From positions 6,411-70,410 of the forward strand of contig JAUVLW010000001.1 of NCBI GenBank assembly GCA_030600555.1: a DNA stretch of 64,000 nt. Direction: 5' to 3'. The notes under the pieces are model-generated. The model had not been told where the DNA came from. It searched no databases and saw only the letters and a list, made by a program, of their open reading frames with translations. Below are positions 8,707 through 18,886 of the stretch, in pieces (the first letter of the stretch is position 1; each line of letters begins with the position of its first letter). The position numbers and the translations under genes were made by a program. Source of the stretch: Candidatus Aenigmatarchaeota archaeon (GTDB taxonomy: Archaea > Aenigmatarchaeota > Aenigmatarchaeia > QMZS01).

Positions 8707-9930
8707 TCAAAATTCTCCGAGATTTTTCTGTTTATACTTGAAAAATTCAATTTCTTCGTTTTCCCCCAAAGGAAGGAGTTTTCCATATTCTCCGGCTCCT
8801 CCTGGAATCTGTTTAATTTCTTCTTTCCTGAAAGCCTCAATATATTCTCCGACTTTTAAATCAACTTTTTTTAATTCTTCTATCGGAGCGTCAATTAAAA
8901 CATTAATTTCATTTCCGAATTGCTGGACAAATTTATTCCATACTCCTGAAACTGTTTTTGAAGAGAATGTTTTAATGTTATAGACCGTTGCGATTATTTC
9001 TGTTAATGGATAGATGTGAACATATTTTACCCTGTCGGGATTTCCATCGCTGTCAGAGATTTCAAGTATTTTATCAACCACTCCTTTATTTATTATTCCC
9101 CCACATTCGCCGCATTTCCAATTTAGTTTTTTCGCGTCTTCAAGTTTGTAAAATCTTAGACAATTTTTGCATCTTGACAAATGATATTTTCCGTGTTCAG
9201 GATAAAACCCGCAGTTCATGGTTACTTTTCTCCCGTCTTTCTGGTGCAGGGCTTTTTTAAGTTCGTCGTAGGTAAGGTCTTTAATTTTGAGCCTGTTGAA
9301 TTCTCTTGCAATCCTTAATGGATAAGGCGAGTGAGCATCTGAGTTTGAAAGGAAAGTTAATTTGTGCAGTTCGGAAATTCTGTCCGCCATTTTCGAATCC
9401 GCGGAAAGACCAAGTTCAAGAAAAGAAACTTTGTCAGCGTATTTTCCGTAACATTCTTTTAGTGTGTTGAAATGCGCATACATCCCAAAGTAGGGAGTGA
9501 AAGCGTGGGCAGGTCCGAACATTCCGTCGCATTCAAGAACTTTCTCCGCAATTTCTTCACCCATTATTTTCAGCCACGGTCTGCCGTCAGCGTCAAGATT
9601 GTTTGAGTATTTTGAAAGTTTCTCTCTGAGTTCATCCGCCTTTGAGAAAGAAGGCAGCAAGATTACATGATGAACTCTTCCAAGAGCCTGCACCTCAGTC
9701 TGCAAGACAAATTTTGTCTCGCTGTTTTTGTAAGTGTAAATTCCGTCTCCTTTGAGTGTTTCTTTTAAGTGGGCAAGCCATTTGTTGTGTAAGCAGTCTC
9801 CGGTTCCAAGCAACTGAACCCCTTTCAGTTTTGCCTGTTCCGCAAGAATTGGAATTTCCATTTTTTCGGAAACAGCTCTTGCGTATTTTGAATGAATGTG
9901 CAAATCCGCGTTTATTTCAAAGAAGTCCAT
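8707..9930 (-). CDS. PHP-domain endonuclease Q family protein (TIGR00375-like)
   Basis: DLHIHSKY, GTGD, PAHAFTP, ELGLSAD, SNSDAHS, GKYH..CxxC..CxxCGG, PGGAGEYG. Confidence 0.92.
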   Translation of the reverse strand: MDFFEINADLHIHSKYARAVSEKMEIPILAEQAKLKGVQLLGTGDCLHNKWLAHLKETLKGDGIYTYKNSETKFVLQTEVQALGRVHHVILLPSFSKADELREKLSKYSNNLDADGRPWLKIMGEEIAEKVLECDGMFGPAHAFTPYFGMYAHFNTLKECYGKYADKVSFLELGLSADSKMADRISELHKLTFLSNSDAHSPYPLRIAREFNRLKIKDLTYDELKKALHQKDGRKVTMNCGFYPEHGKYHLSRCKNCLRFYKLEDAKKLNWKCGECGGIINKGVVDKILEISDSDGNPDRVKYVHIYPLTEIIATVYNIKTFSSKTVSGVWNKFVQQFGNEINVLIDAPIEELKKVDLKVGEYIEAFRKEEIKQIPGGAGEYGKLLPLGENEEIEFFKYKQKNLGEF

Positions 9931-10045
9931 ATAAGGCTTTTCTTTTTAAAAAAGAAAAACCCTTAAGCCAAAAGAAAACAATTTTTTAATACAACAACAA
10001 TGAATTTGGTATAAGTTAATAAATATGTATATATATTATATTCTC

Positions 10046-10071
10046 CCCGGTATGGTTTCGGCAATGCCGGG
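10046..10071 (+). promoter_or_regulatory. GC-rich hairpin in the leader of the NYN gene
   Basis: CCCGGTAT-G-GT-TTCG-GC-A-ATGCCGGG in otherwise very AT-rich DNA, 31 nt before the ATG. Confidence 0.55.
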
Positions 10072-10102
10072 ATATTATTATTGTGTATTATTAAGTAATC
10101 TT

Positions 10103-10636
10103 ATGTCAGAGAGAGTAGTTATTTTTATAGATGGGAGTAATTTTTATCACGGGCTTAAAACCAATATTGGGGTTAAAGACATTAATTTCCTGAAGTTTGC
10201 GAGAAAACTTGCGCGAAAAAGGAAACTGGTAAGGGTATATTATTACAATGCCCCTCTTGATATAAACTGCGATAAAGAAAATTATTGGAAACAGCAGGAA
10301 TTTTTTGATAAACTAAGAAAACTTCCAAACTTTAAATTGGTGTTGGTGAGATTGCAGAAAAGAATTGTAAATGAAAAACCAATTTATACAATAAAAGGAG
10401 ATGATGTATATCTGGCAACCCACCTAATTGTTCTCGCCTACAATGATGCCTATGACACAGCGATTCTGGTTTCAGGTGATGCGGATTTTATCCCCGCAAT
10501 AAAAGCAGTCCAGGCAAAAGGAAAACAGGTGGATAATTATTATTTTAACAAAGGAGGTTCTTGGCATCTAAGACACGAATGCGATAATTCAGTGTTGATG
10601 GATGAGAAGTTCATGGAGGGATGTTTGGAAGTATGA
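10103..10636 (+). CDS. NYN-domain (LabA/DUF88, PIN-like) ribonuclease
   Basis: IFIDGSN, YYY, KGDDVYLA, ILVSGDADF. Confidence 0.92.
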   Translation: MSERVVIFIDGSNFYHGLKTNIGVKDINFLKFARKLARKRKLVRVYYYNAPLDINCDKENYWKQQEFFDKLRKLPNFKLVLVRLQKRIVNEKPIYTIKGDDVYLATHLIVLAYNDAYDTAILVSGDADFIPAIKAVQAKGKQVDNYYFNKGGSWHLRHECDNSVLMDEKFMEGCLEV

Positions 10637-11173
10637 AATCTAAAAAAGACAAAGTGGAAACTAAAAAATGTAGTTATGAATATATTCATTCAGGAATGTC
10701 ATGGAAGAAAATATTACATGATGTTTATATAAATGCACCACATTATCCTAATGAACCTAATAAGTTGAATTTTAGTGAGGATAAACATCCCATAGCAAAG
10801 AGATTAAAAATAAGTGGAGCTGAATTAGTGCAGGGGATTATTTTTTTTGGTAAAACAAAATTTAATAGAACAAACAAATAAGGGATTATTTGAATTAACA
10901 GAAAAAGGATTTGATGTTGCAAATAAAAATGAAAACCTTAAGGCAAATAAAGAATTTAATGGGTTGATAGTAATTGCAACAACCCTTATTGCTCTGATTA
11001 CTTTATTTAATTTTTTAGTTGAGGTTTTTTTAATGAGTCCTTCTGAGGACTTAAAAATAGTTCTTGTTATTATTCTAATTTTAGTTTCATTAATACTTAT
11101 TTCATTAATACTAAGACTTCTAACAAAATGGATTCCTTTATTATTTGGAAGAAAAAACGATTTATTTGATTAA
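10633..11173 (+). pseudogene. Winged-helix plus 2-TM protein split by a frameshift in a T8 tract (10841-10848)
   Basis: Removing one T joins the two ORFs into IAKRLKISGAELVQGIIFLVKQNLIEQTNKGLFELTEKG, a wHTH pattern; the ATG overlaps the NYN stop (ATGA). Confidence 0.7.
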
Positions 11174-11198
11174 CTATTAAACCAACCAAACTATAATT

Positions 11199-11711
11199 AT
11201 GTGCCGAGGCTTCTACTGGATGTTAATTTTTATCCTAAGCATAATCACCACCAGTTTAGGAATTGGTATTTTCCTGGGTGGAACCGGAATTTATTTTGCT
11301 GGATTTACAATAACTATTTTCTTTCTATCTCTCGTTGCCATGAGTTACCTGAGTTATAGTTCAAGAATGATTCTCGAAGAGGGAAAGCAAAAAGTTAAAA
11401 ATCTCAGGGAAAATAAAAAAGACAACAAAGATGATCTTGAGCAACTTGAAATGAAATTGAAAGAACTGGAGAAATTGCCTCTTGCGGACAGAATCGCAAT
11501 GTTTTTCCCAGAGAGAACCGGGATGTTGGACAGGCACGAAATAAGAAGGGCTTTGATGATTACTTTCACTATTGTCTACTTGATTTTACTGTTCACGGAA
11601 AGCCCGATGATGGAATATATCAACTGGGTATATCTTTCAATGGTCTCATTCTACTTTGGTTCGCGGGGTATTGAGAAATATGCTGAAGCAAGAAACGCAG
11701 ATAAAAAATAA
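11199..11711 (+). CDS. Membrane protein (4 TM, central coiled coil)
   Basis: Hydrophobic segments; C-terminal FYFGSR motif. Confidence 0.7.
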   Translation: MCRGFYWMLIFILSIITTSLGIGIFLGGTGIYFAGFTITIFFLSLVAMSYLSYSSRMILEEGKQKVKNLRENKKDNKDDLEQLEMKLKELEKLPLADRIAMFFPERTGMLDRHEIRRALMITFTIVYLILLFTESPMMEYINWVYLSMVSFYFGSRGIEKYAEARNADKK

Positions 11712-11799
11712 AAATCATATACTTTTTAAAATCTTCTATGAAAATATTATCTTGTTCTGGAAATCCCCGAGAATATTAATATAATTATTTAGTATTTTT

Positions 11800-12315
11800 A
11801 TGGCTCAATTTAATGAAAAATCCGGGACCGGATGTTGTCTAAGATTTAATCCAAGACCCTGGATGGATCAAAGAATTGTGTGGATGAATAAATTATTTAT
11901 TAAATACACTGTGAGAAGTCTGTTCCACATTCCGTGGAACTTAAAGAAAGTTTTGTCAGAGAAGAACGAGATAATTCAATTTGTAGGGGCTACTACACCG
12001 CAACCGCTAATACTTTCATATGAGAAGGCTTATCTAACTTCTGAAATTTACGTTGCTGTGAGTAGAGAAATTCTCGGGGAGGAAATGGTAAAATTATCAG
12101 GAACTTTTTTAACAAAAGTTTACGAAGGTTCTTCTAAAAATATGGGTGACTGGATTAAAGAGATGAAAAAATATGTAAAATCAAAAAATGAGGAGCTAGA
12201 AAGATTATATTTCTTTTTCACAACCTGTCCGGATTGCGCAAAAATATATGGCAAGAATTATGTTGTTTTCCTTGCTAAAATCAAGGAAGATCCAAACAAG
12301 AAAATTAAATTCTGA
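11800..12315 (+). CDS. Conserved GyrI-like / putative hydrolase family protein
   Basis: CC.RFNP.PW, LSGTFLTKVYEG, TTCPDCAKIYGKNYVV. Confidence 0.7.
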   Translation: MAQFNEKSGTGCCLRFNPRPWMDQRIVWMNKLFIKYTVRSLFHIPWNLKKVLSEKNEIIQFVGATTPQPLILSYEKAYLTSEIYVAVSREILGEEMVKLSGTFLTKVYEGSSKNMGDWIKEMKKYVKSKNEELERLYFFFTTCPDCAKIYGKNYVVFLAKIKEDPNKKIKF

Positions 12316-12344
12316 TTAAGGATAATAACTTTCATTCCAAAAAT

Positions 12345-13094
12345 TTAATTAATCTTCCCGGTCTGCCAATCTCTTATAATTGTTTTTGCGGTTTTTGTAA
12401 TATCAGGTTCCCCACCTTTTCTTAGAATTCCTCTTTTTAACGCAATTTCCTTGATAGTTTCTTCTTTGTCTTTCTGAGTATCCACTCCGTAGAAATATTC
12501 AATCATGCCCGAGTATCGTTCCATTAATTTAATTACAACTATATCCGCTTCTCTTATCTGGTTGAAATCAATTGTTCCTATAAGCGCATGTTTTATATAA
12601 TCAGTTTCTGAATAAGGAATAACTCCGGGTGTGTCCATTAGCATTATCCTTTTGTGGATTCTTATCATCTGCAGATTCTTTGTGTACCCGCTGATTATGC
12701 TGGTCGGAGCTGATTTTTTCCCTTTCATTGCATTAATCAATGAAGATTTTCCAACATTTGGATAACCAAGAACCCCAACATTGATTGTATTGTAATTTTT
12801 TATTCCGGCTTTTTCGGCTTCGATTAAAATCCTGTCACGCAGAATTTTTGTTCCAAGATGTTTTTTTGCTGAGATAAAGACGCAGGGTTTTAGGTTTTTC
12901 TTGTATTTTTCAACAATATCTTTATCAACAAGGTCGCATTTGGTTATAACATAAATTAATGGTTTTTCGGAATCTTCTACTTTATCCTCCACTTCAGGAT
13001 TCATTGTTTCTTCCACAAGGCGGGCATCCAGCAATAATAGTAAAACATCTGACTCTTTTATTACTTTATCAACAAGTTTCCAGAATTTTCCCAT
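12345..13094 (-). CDS. Circularly permuted ribosome-biogenesis GTPase (YlqF/RbgA family)
   Basis: G4 TKCD and SAK precede G1 GYPNVGKSS and G3 DTPG; DAR motif. Confidence 0.93.
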   Translation of the reverse strand: MGKFWKLVDKVIKESDVLLLLLDARLVEETMNPEVEDKVEDSEKPLIYVITKCDLVDKDIVEKYKKNLKPCVFISAKKHLGTKILRDRILIEAEKAGIKNYNTINVGVLGYPNVGKSSLINAMKGKKSAPTSIISGYTKNLQMIRIHKRIMLMDTPGVIPYSETDYIKHALIGTIDFNQIREADIVVIKLMERYSGMIEYFYGVDTQKDKEETIKEIALKRGILRKGGEPDITKTAKTIIRDWQTGKIN

Positions 13095-13114
13095 AATTAA
13101 ATTTAATTAAACTT

Positions 13115-13960
13115 TCAGTGTTTGTATTTATTAGAATACCACCTTAATATTGATGCATTTTGAATCCAGGTGTTTGGAAGGTCAACAATAAGGCAAATTA
13201 TCAGTACTGCAGCAAGTTGTCCGAATACAGATGAAAACCCGGTTATCAATAAAATCGAAATAAGCGCAACCATACTTGTTGCTGTCATTGTAAGTCCGGT
13301 TTTAAGGGCTTTTTTGTATTGTTCATCAAAACTCTTTCTTGATTTAAGGGTTCTTGTGGTAAGTAAAATATCTGTGTCAACTGAATAACCAAGGGACATT
13401 AAAAGAGCGGTAAAGGTGACTATGGATAAAGGTATTGAAAAAATATTCATAAAAAGCATTGTAATTACAATATCAGAGAATGCGCACAGGACAACTGCAA
13501 ATGATGGGATGACTGTTCTGAAAAGGAGAAATATTATAATAGCTATTGCGATGAAAGCAATAAATACAGCATAGAGTATTTCATTAAAAATCCCTGCGCT
13601 TAATTTAGGGTCTATTTTGCTGAGTTCATAACTGCTGATTTCCATGGTTGTGTTAATGTCTTTTATCAGCGCATCAACATTATCTTCAGAACATTCAACT
13701 GATAATTGGGTTTCAATTGCGCTTGTTGTTGTATAGGTATTAACATGATATTTGGTTTGAATTGTATCTCTCAAAGTGGATATTTCATTATAATTTGCGT
13801 CAGAGAATGAAAAAATAAGAAGGTTTCCACCTTCCAAATCGATACTCTTATCAATAAAACTACCCGTTGTCGCTTGTTTGTGCCCTAAAAAGGCAAGACT
13901 GATTAAAAGAAATGCCAGAGTAATATAGATAAGTTTGCTGTTCATAACCATTTTATTCAT
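13115..13960 (-). CDS. secF: Protein translocase subunit SecF
   Basis: IDLEGG, LLMSLGYSVDTDILLTTR, TGLTMTATS, DLPNTWIQNASILRWY. Confidence 0.92.
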   Translation of the reverse strand: MNKMVMNSKLIYITLAFLLISLAFLGHKQATTGSFIDKSIDLEGGNLLIFSFSDANYNEISTLRDTIQTKYHVNTYTTTSAIETQLSVECSEDNVDALIKDINTTMEISSYELSKIDPKLSAGIFNEILYAVFIAFIAIAIIIFLLFRTVIPSFAVVLCAFSDIVITMLFMNIFSIPLSIVTFTALLMSLGYSVDTDILLTTRTLKSRKSFDEQYKKALKTGLTMTATSMVALISILLITGFSSVFGQLAAVLIICLIVDLPNTWIQNASILRWYSNKYKH

Positions 13961-13974
13961 TAAATTAAATAAGG

Positions 13975-14025
13975 GGTTTTTATCCTTTATTCTGTAAAAG
14001 AAGGTTTTTAGTCTTTATTCTGTAA
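13975..14025. repeat. Imperfect tandem repeat, 28-bp period, upstream of secF
   Basis: GGTTTTTATCCTTTATTCTGTAA (13975) and GGTTTTTAGTCTTTATTCTGTAA (14003). Confidence 0.75.
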
Positions 14026-14059
14026 GATAAAGGTATTATTCTGAATTTTAGAAAAGAAG

Positions 14060-14539
14060 CTATGATTTAATAAATAGAGAAAATCCATTAACTCCGGCAA
14101 TAACCACAAAGGTCACAATCACCCCCGCAATTAACACACCAACAATATTTGCCTGAGAGAACTCTTTTCTTTTAAATCCGAGGAGGAAAGCCGCTAAAGC
14201 CCCGGTCCACACCCCTGAACCCGGGAGGGGAACTCCGATAAACAGGGCAAGACCAATTGTCCCGTATTTATCAACAGGTCCATGCATTTTTTTCTGAATC
14301 CTTTTTACGCATTTATTGTAGATTCTCTCAAGAATCTTTATTCTTAGTACATAAGGCAGAATTGTGTGAAGTGAATAAAAGATTATCTCGCCAAGAGCTA
14401 TATTTGCCAGAATAATAATAAAAAACGCAACTAAAGGATCCATTTCCAATACAACCAAAGCATAAGGGATTGAGGCTCTTAGTTCCAGTGTTGGCAAAAA
14501 GGTAAGCAAAATAACCCAGAATAAATTATAAGGTTCCAT
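14060..14539 (-). CDS. Small multidrug-export family membrane protein (COG2426-like)
   Basis: LPTLELRASIP, LFIGVPLPGSGVWTG. Confidence 0.88.
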   Translation of the reverse strand: MEPYNLFWVILLTFLPTLELRASIPYALVVLEMDPLVAFFIIILANIALGEIIFYSLHTILPYVLRIKILERIYNKCVKRIQKKMHGPVDKYGTIGLALFIGVPLPGSGVWTGALAAFLLGFKRKEFSQANIVGVLIAGVIVTFVVIAGVNGFSLFIKS

Positions 14540-14554
14540 TATTGTTAATTGAAA

Positions 14555-15599
14555 TTATAATGAATATTCCCAGATTCTTTTTTCTTTTGGAGTTCTTATG
14601 TTGGAGACTTCACCGCAAATATCTTTCAGAAATAATTTTTTTATCTTCTCCACATTATAATCAGGATAATTTCCCAAAATCCACATTAATTTAGTCATTG
14701 CGGTTTCGCTAATCATGTCATGACCTGGAATTGCTCCGGCATCCAAAGCCTTTTTGCCGCATTCATAAAGGTACATCCACGAGAAACCAATTGCGCACTG
14801 TGAAGACACAACAATTGGAATTCCTTTTTTCACAGCATTTTCTATTTCAGGCACAAGAGAATTTTCATCAATAGGAACATTACCCGCCCCAAAACCTTCC
14901 AAAATTATTCCTTTGTATCCAAGCTCTATTAAATTAGAGATTATTTTTGGATCGAATCCAGGCGTTATTTTTAGTACGCAGACTTTTTCCTCAAGTTTAT
15001 TAAAATATTTCAGTTCACTGTTTTCTTTTTTGAAATGTTCTCCTGTTAATCTAATATCATGTTCAATCACGCCCAATGGCAACATACCTATACTTTCAAA
15101 TGCTTCAAATTCCACTTCCCTGAATTTTTTGGTTCTGTTTCCTCTCAGAATCTTGCTGTTAAATACAATCATCACTTCGCATATATTTGTTTCTGTGGCA
15201 ATGCGAACTGAATCCAGAATATTTCTTTTTGAATCAGAACCCAGCATATGCGGAGGAACCTGTTAACACAATAGGTTTTGATAAATCCTGCAATAAGAAA
15301 GACAAGGCTGATGCGGTGTAATGCAGGGTATCAGTTCCATGAGTAATCACAAACCCATCATATTCAGAATAACTGTCTTTAATTGTTTTGGCGATTTCAA
15401 CCCAGTGTTTTGGCTGCATATTGGATGAGTCAATATTGAGTAAATCAATGGTATTAATATCCGCCAAATTCTTTATTTCAGGAATAAAATCCAGCAATTC
15501 AGTTTCATTGAATTCCCCGGGTCTCCAACTCCCGTTAACCATTTTGGCAGTAATTGTCCCTCCGGTTCCAATAAACAGAATTTTCTTCTTTTCCATCAT
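14555..15599 (-). pseudogene. ansA: Type I L-asparaginase, frameshifted near 15255
   Basis: TGGTI, HGTDT, KPIVLTGS in the 5' ORF; ILEGFGAGN, SQC, KLMWILG in the 3' ORF; frame change at ACAGGTTCCTCCG. Confidence 0.85.
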
Positions 15600-15735
15600 T
15601 AATATAGTTTATAAAATTTGATATTTTAATTTTGGTTTTATTCCCTTCAAAAAACCTATAATCTGCGAAATAACCTTTAATTATTAAATAACATCCAATC
15701 TCCGTGACTTTCAATAATAAATTATTAGGTAAATT

Positions 15736-16893
15736 ATGTACCCTGAATTAAATATCGGAATAGTCGGTCATGTTGACCATGGAAAAACAACTTTAGTGGA
15801 AGCCCTCACAGGAAAATGGGTGGATACTTTTTCAGAGGAAAAAAAGAGGGGGATAACCATCAGGTTAGGATACTCTGATTTTTCAATTTACAAATGCGAA
15901 AAATGCGGGAGATCCACAACAAACAAAAAGTGCGTTCATTGTTTTTCTGACTGCAAACATGAAAAAATATTTTCTTTAATTGATGCTCCTGGACACGAAA
16001 GTTTGATTCCAATTGTTCTTACCGGAGCCGCTTTATTTAATGCCGCAATTCTTGTGATTGCCGCAAATGAAAAATGTCCCCAGCCGCAAACTCTTGAACA
16101 TTTAAGAGCTCTGGAAATAGGAGAAATAAAAAATATTATAATTGTTCAGAATAAAGTTGACCTTGTGTCAAAGGAAGAATCCATAAAAAATTATAATGAG
16201 ATTAAAGAATTGATTAAAGGAACAATTGCTGAGAACTCAAAGATAATTCCAACTTCAGTGCAACAGGGAGTTGGGATAGAATATTTATTGGACGAACTTC
16301 TGAAACTAGAAAAACCAAATTATCCGGAAGGAGATTTTTTATTCCTTGTCGCAAGATCTTTTGACGCAAATAAACCCGGGATAAAACCCGAGAATCTGGT
16401 GGGCGGCGTAATCGGCGGAAGCGTAATAAGAGGCAAATTAAAAGAGGGAGAAGAACTAATAATAAAACCGGTTTCCATAAAAGGAAATTATGTTGAACTT
16501 GGAACAAAAATAAAAAAAATAATGCGGGATGAACTTGAAGTTGATGAAGCGACCTGCGGAGGTCTTGTTGCTTTACAGACAAGTTTTGATCCTTCAATGG
16601 CAAAGTCAGATAGACTTGCGGGATGTCTTGCAGGAACAAAAAACATGCCTGAAATTCTTTATGAAATTGAAACCGATTATAATTTATTCAAAGGCTATGA
16701 ACTTAAAACCGGAGATACTTTATTGGTTTATTGCAGGAACAGCAGAAGCACAGGAAGTATATCTTCAATAAATGATAAGAAACTAAAATTAAATTTAAAA
16801 CTGCCAATCTGCGCTGAGAAAAGAGCAAAGGTGAGTTATTCAAAACTTGTTGATGGGAAATGGCATCTGATAGGTTGGGGGAGGATAAATTAG
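15736..16893 (+). CDS. eif2g: Translation initiation factor aIF2 gamma subunit
   Basis: GHVDHGKTT, RGITIRLGY, Zn knuckle, DAPGH, PQPQTLEH, NKVD, WHLIGWG. Confidence 0.96.
   Translation: MYPELNIGIVGHVDHGKTTLVEALTGKWVDTFSEEKKRGITIRLGYSDFSIYKCEKCGRSTTNKKCVHCFSDCKHEKIFSLIDAPGHESLIPIVLTGAALFNAAILVIAANEKCPQPQTLEHLRALEIGEIKNIIIVQNKVDLVSKEESIKNYNEIKELIKGTIAENSKIIPTSVQQGVGIEYLLDELLKLEKPNYPEGDFLFLVARSFDANKPGIKPENLVGGVIGGSVIRGKLKEGEELIIKPVSIKGNYVELGTKIKKIMRDELEVDEATCGGLVALQTSFDPSMAKSDRLAGCLAGTKNMPEILYEIETDYNLFKGYELKTGDTLLVYCRNSRSTGSISSINDKKLKLNLKLPICAEKRAKVSYSKLVDGKWHLIGWGRIN
16837..16873 (+). repeat. Direct repeat copy 1 (3' end of aIF2-gamma)
   Basis: TATTCAAAACTTGTTGATGGGAAATGGCATCTGATAG; 36/37 identical to 18850-18886. 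Confidence 0.93.
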
Positions 16894-16959
16894 GTTGGGA
16901 CTTTTGTTGTATTTAATATAATTTCCATTGTTAGGAAGAATTGAATAATCTTATTGGTT

Positions 16960-17712
16960 TTAATTTACTTGTTCATGAGATTTCAAATATTCCTCTATTT
17001 GTTTATTCGTTTCTTTTAGATCATCTAATTTAAGCAATTCTATAATTATCTTTTTTATTTTATTTAAATCCAATTTATTTAAAACATTTTTCCAATCAAG
17101 CTTGCTTTTGTTCAACCCCAAATGTCCTTTTTCCCCATCATATCCGCTTGCATGAATATAAATAACTCTTTTTCTTACTTTTCTTAAAAATTCTTCTAAA
17201 TCCATATTCAATGTTTTATTCATTACAGCCATCCCCAAGTGGCACAAATCCAAGTTAACTTTTAATTGAGGAAGTTTCTCCAAATTATATAAAACATTCT
17301 TGCCATTGAAATTCTCATTTACTTCATAAAGAAATTCTACTTTGTTTTTTTTCGAATATTTCAATAGTCCGGAAAGGAGTTTTATTTCTTGGGCTGTTAA
17401 TTTATTTTGTTTTAGATGAACAATCAGTTCTTTGCAACCTAAATACTTGCATGCAAGAATTTCTGCCTTCAAAATATTTATTTCCATTTCCTGCAGGGTC
17501 TTTTCTTTGTAGGTGAAGACCATCGTTGTTTGGGTGTGCATACTCAAATTTTTTCCTTTCAACTTTTGTTTAATTATATCTAAATTCTTTTTTTTAAAAC
17601 CAAAATTCTTATCACTGCTAATAATTTCTGAAACATCCATATCAATTTTTTTAGGATCTTCATAAAAAATATCCCAGGTTTTAAGTCCAATTTTTGTTTT
17701 TACTTTTTTCAT
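16960..17712 (-). CDS. Sugar phosphate isomerase/epimerase (AP endonuclease 2-like TIM barrel)
   Basis: SMH, IVH, YE, NLDLCH, IHASGYDG..HLGL, IIE. Confidence 0.8.
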   Translation of the reverse strand: MKKVKTKIGLKTWDIFYEDPKKIDMDVSEIISSDKNFGFKKKNLDIIKQKLKGKNLSMHTQTTMVFTYKEKTLQEMEINILKAEILACKYLGCKELIVHLKQNKLTAQEIKLLSGLLKYSKKNKVEFLYEVNENFNGKNVLYNLEKLPQLKVNLDLCHLGMAVMNKTLNMDLEEFLRKVRKRVIYIHASGYDGEKGHLGLNKSKLDWKNVLNKLDLNKIKKIIIELLKLDDLKETNKQIEEYLKSHEQVN

Positions 17713-17766
17713 AATTAGTATTGTTCCTGTTTTATATATTGTTTGTTGTATTTTTTCCTGAAAATG

Positions 17767-18687
17767 TTATGGAAGATTTTTCCCCGATTCTTTACGGGTT
17801 GTTGCTTCCTTTTTTTTATCAAGCAAAGAATTAAATAAGATATTCGCTACGTTTTTTCCAGAGAGTTCTTTATACAATAAGATATTTGGGTTTATACTAA
17901 TGTCAATAGCGTAATATTCTCCTTCTTTTTCTATGAAATCAACTTCACAACATAAAGATCCAACTTCTTTAGCAACCCGTTTCCCAATTTCACACAGTTC
18001 ATCTGAAGGTGTGAGAAATGTTCTTCTTTGAGCTACATTGCTTCTATCTTCTCCTTCTTTTGGAGTTTCTTCTATACCTATTACTTCTTTACCAATTACA
18101 AGAAGTTTAGTGACTTTACCTTCTATTACTTCTTGTATATAAAAAGGCTTCGATGCGCTATGCATGCTATCTATTATTGCATTTGCTGTAGACGAGTTTT
18201 TTATTACCATAATGCCATTTCCGCCATGAATATCAGAGAGTTTAAAAACAATTTTGTCAAGTTCGCTTACAATATTTTTGCTTACTTCTGGCGACAGGGT
18301 CAAATAAGTCTTTGGGTATTTTACTTTTGCTCTATCAAATACCTTTGCTAAAAGTGCTCTATTGGACGAATAAAGAGCAGCCTTTGGTTCATGAGTTAAA
18401 ATTACTTTTTTGTTTTGCAGAATATTTGATACTAAGTAACTAAATGGAAATTTATCGCAGGGAACATGCAGGATACAAAGATTATAGTTTGCGATATTTT
18501 TATCTTTATACATTACTTTTTCATTTCCTTCTATATAAAGTTTTGGAAGTGTTACTAAAACACTATTTGATATTCCTTTAAATTTTTTAGATTCTTCATA
18601 AAGATAGATGGCTGATTTATCATCCTTATTGCTAATTATGCAAAGTTCCACATCATCATTTTTTAACTTATCTATACCTTTTATCAT
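17767..18687 (-). CDS. RimK/LysX-like ATP-grasp protein (degenerate motifs)
   Basis: YPKT, VFKL..HGGNGI, YIQE, RSN, EVDF, DISINP. Confidence 0.8.
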   Translation of the reverse strand: MIKGIDKLKNDDVELCIISNKDDKSAIYLYEESKKFKGISNSVLVTLPKLYIEGNEKVMYKDKNIANYNLCILHVPCDKFPFSYLVSNILQNKKVILTHEPKAALYSSNRALLAKVFDRAKVKYPKTYLTLSPEVSKNIVSELDKIVFKLSDIHGGNGIMVIKNSSTANAIIDSMHSASKPFYIQEVIEGKVTKLLVIGKEVIGIEETPKEGEDRSNVAQRRTFLTPSDELCEIGKRVAKEVGSLCCEVDFIEKEGEYYAIDISINPNILLYKELSGKNVANILFNSLLDKKKEATTRKESGKNLP

Positions 18688-18849
18688 ATAAGTTATTGGA
18701 TTTAAATAAGATATTCACTTCATTTTATATATTTGTGTATATAAATAAACATATAAAGTTATTTTTTGTTAAATAGAAAATTATTGGTTTTTTGGAATAT
18801 AATATACAACGGCTAAAATTCAGAATAATAATAAGAATGCGAAAGTGAA

Positions 18850-18886
18850 TATTCAAAACTTGTTGAAGGGAAATGGCATCTGATAG
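18850..18886 (+). repeat. Direct repeat copy 2: degenerate duplicate of the aIF2-gamma 3' end
   Basis: TATTCAAAACTTGTTGAAGGGAAATGGCATCTGATAG; weaker similarity extends over about 18839-18906. Confidence 0.93.

Noticed and set aside
14555-15599. GatD amidotransferase subunit
   Set aside because: No N-terminal GatD-specific domain; the TGGTI motif starts near residue 12
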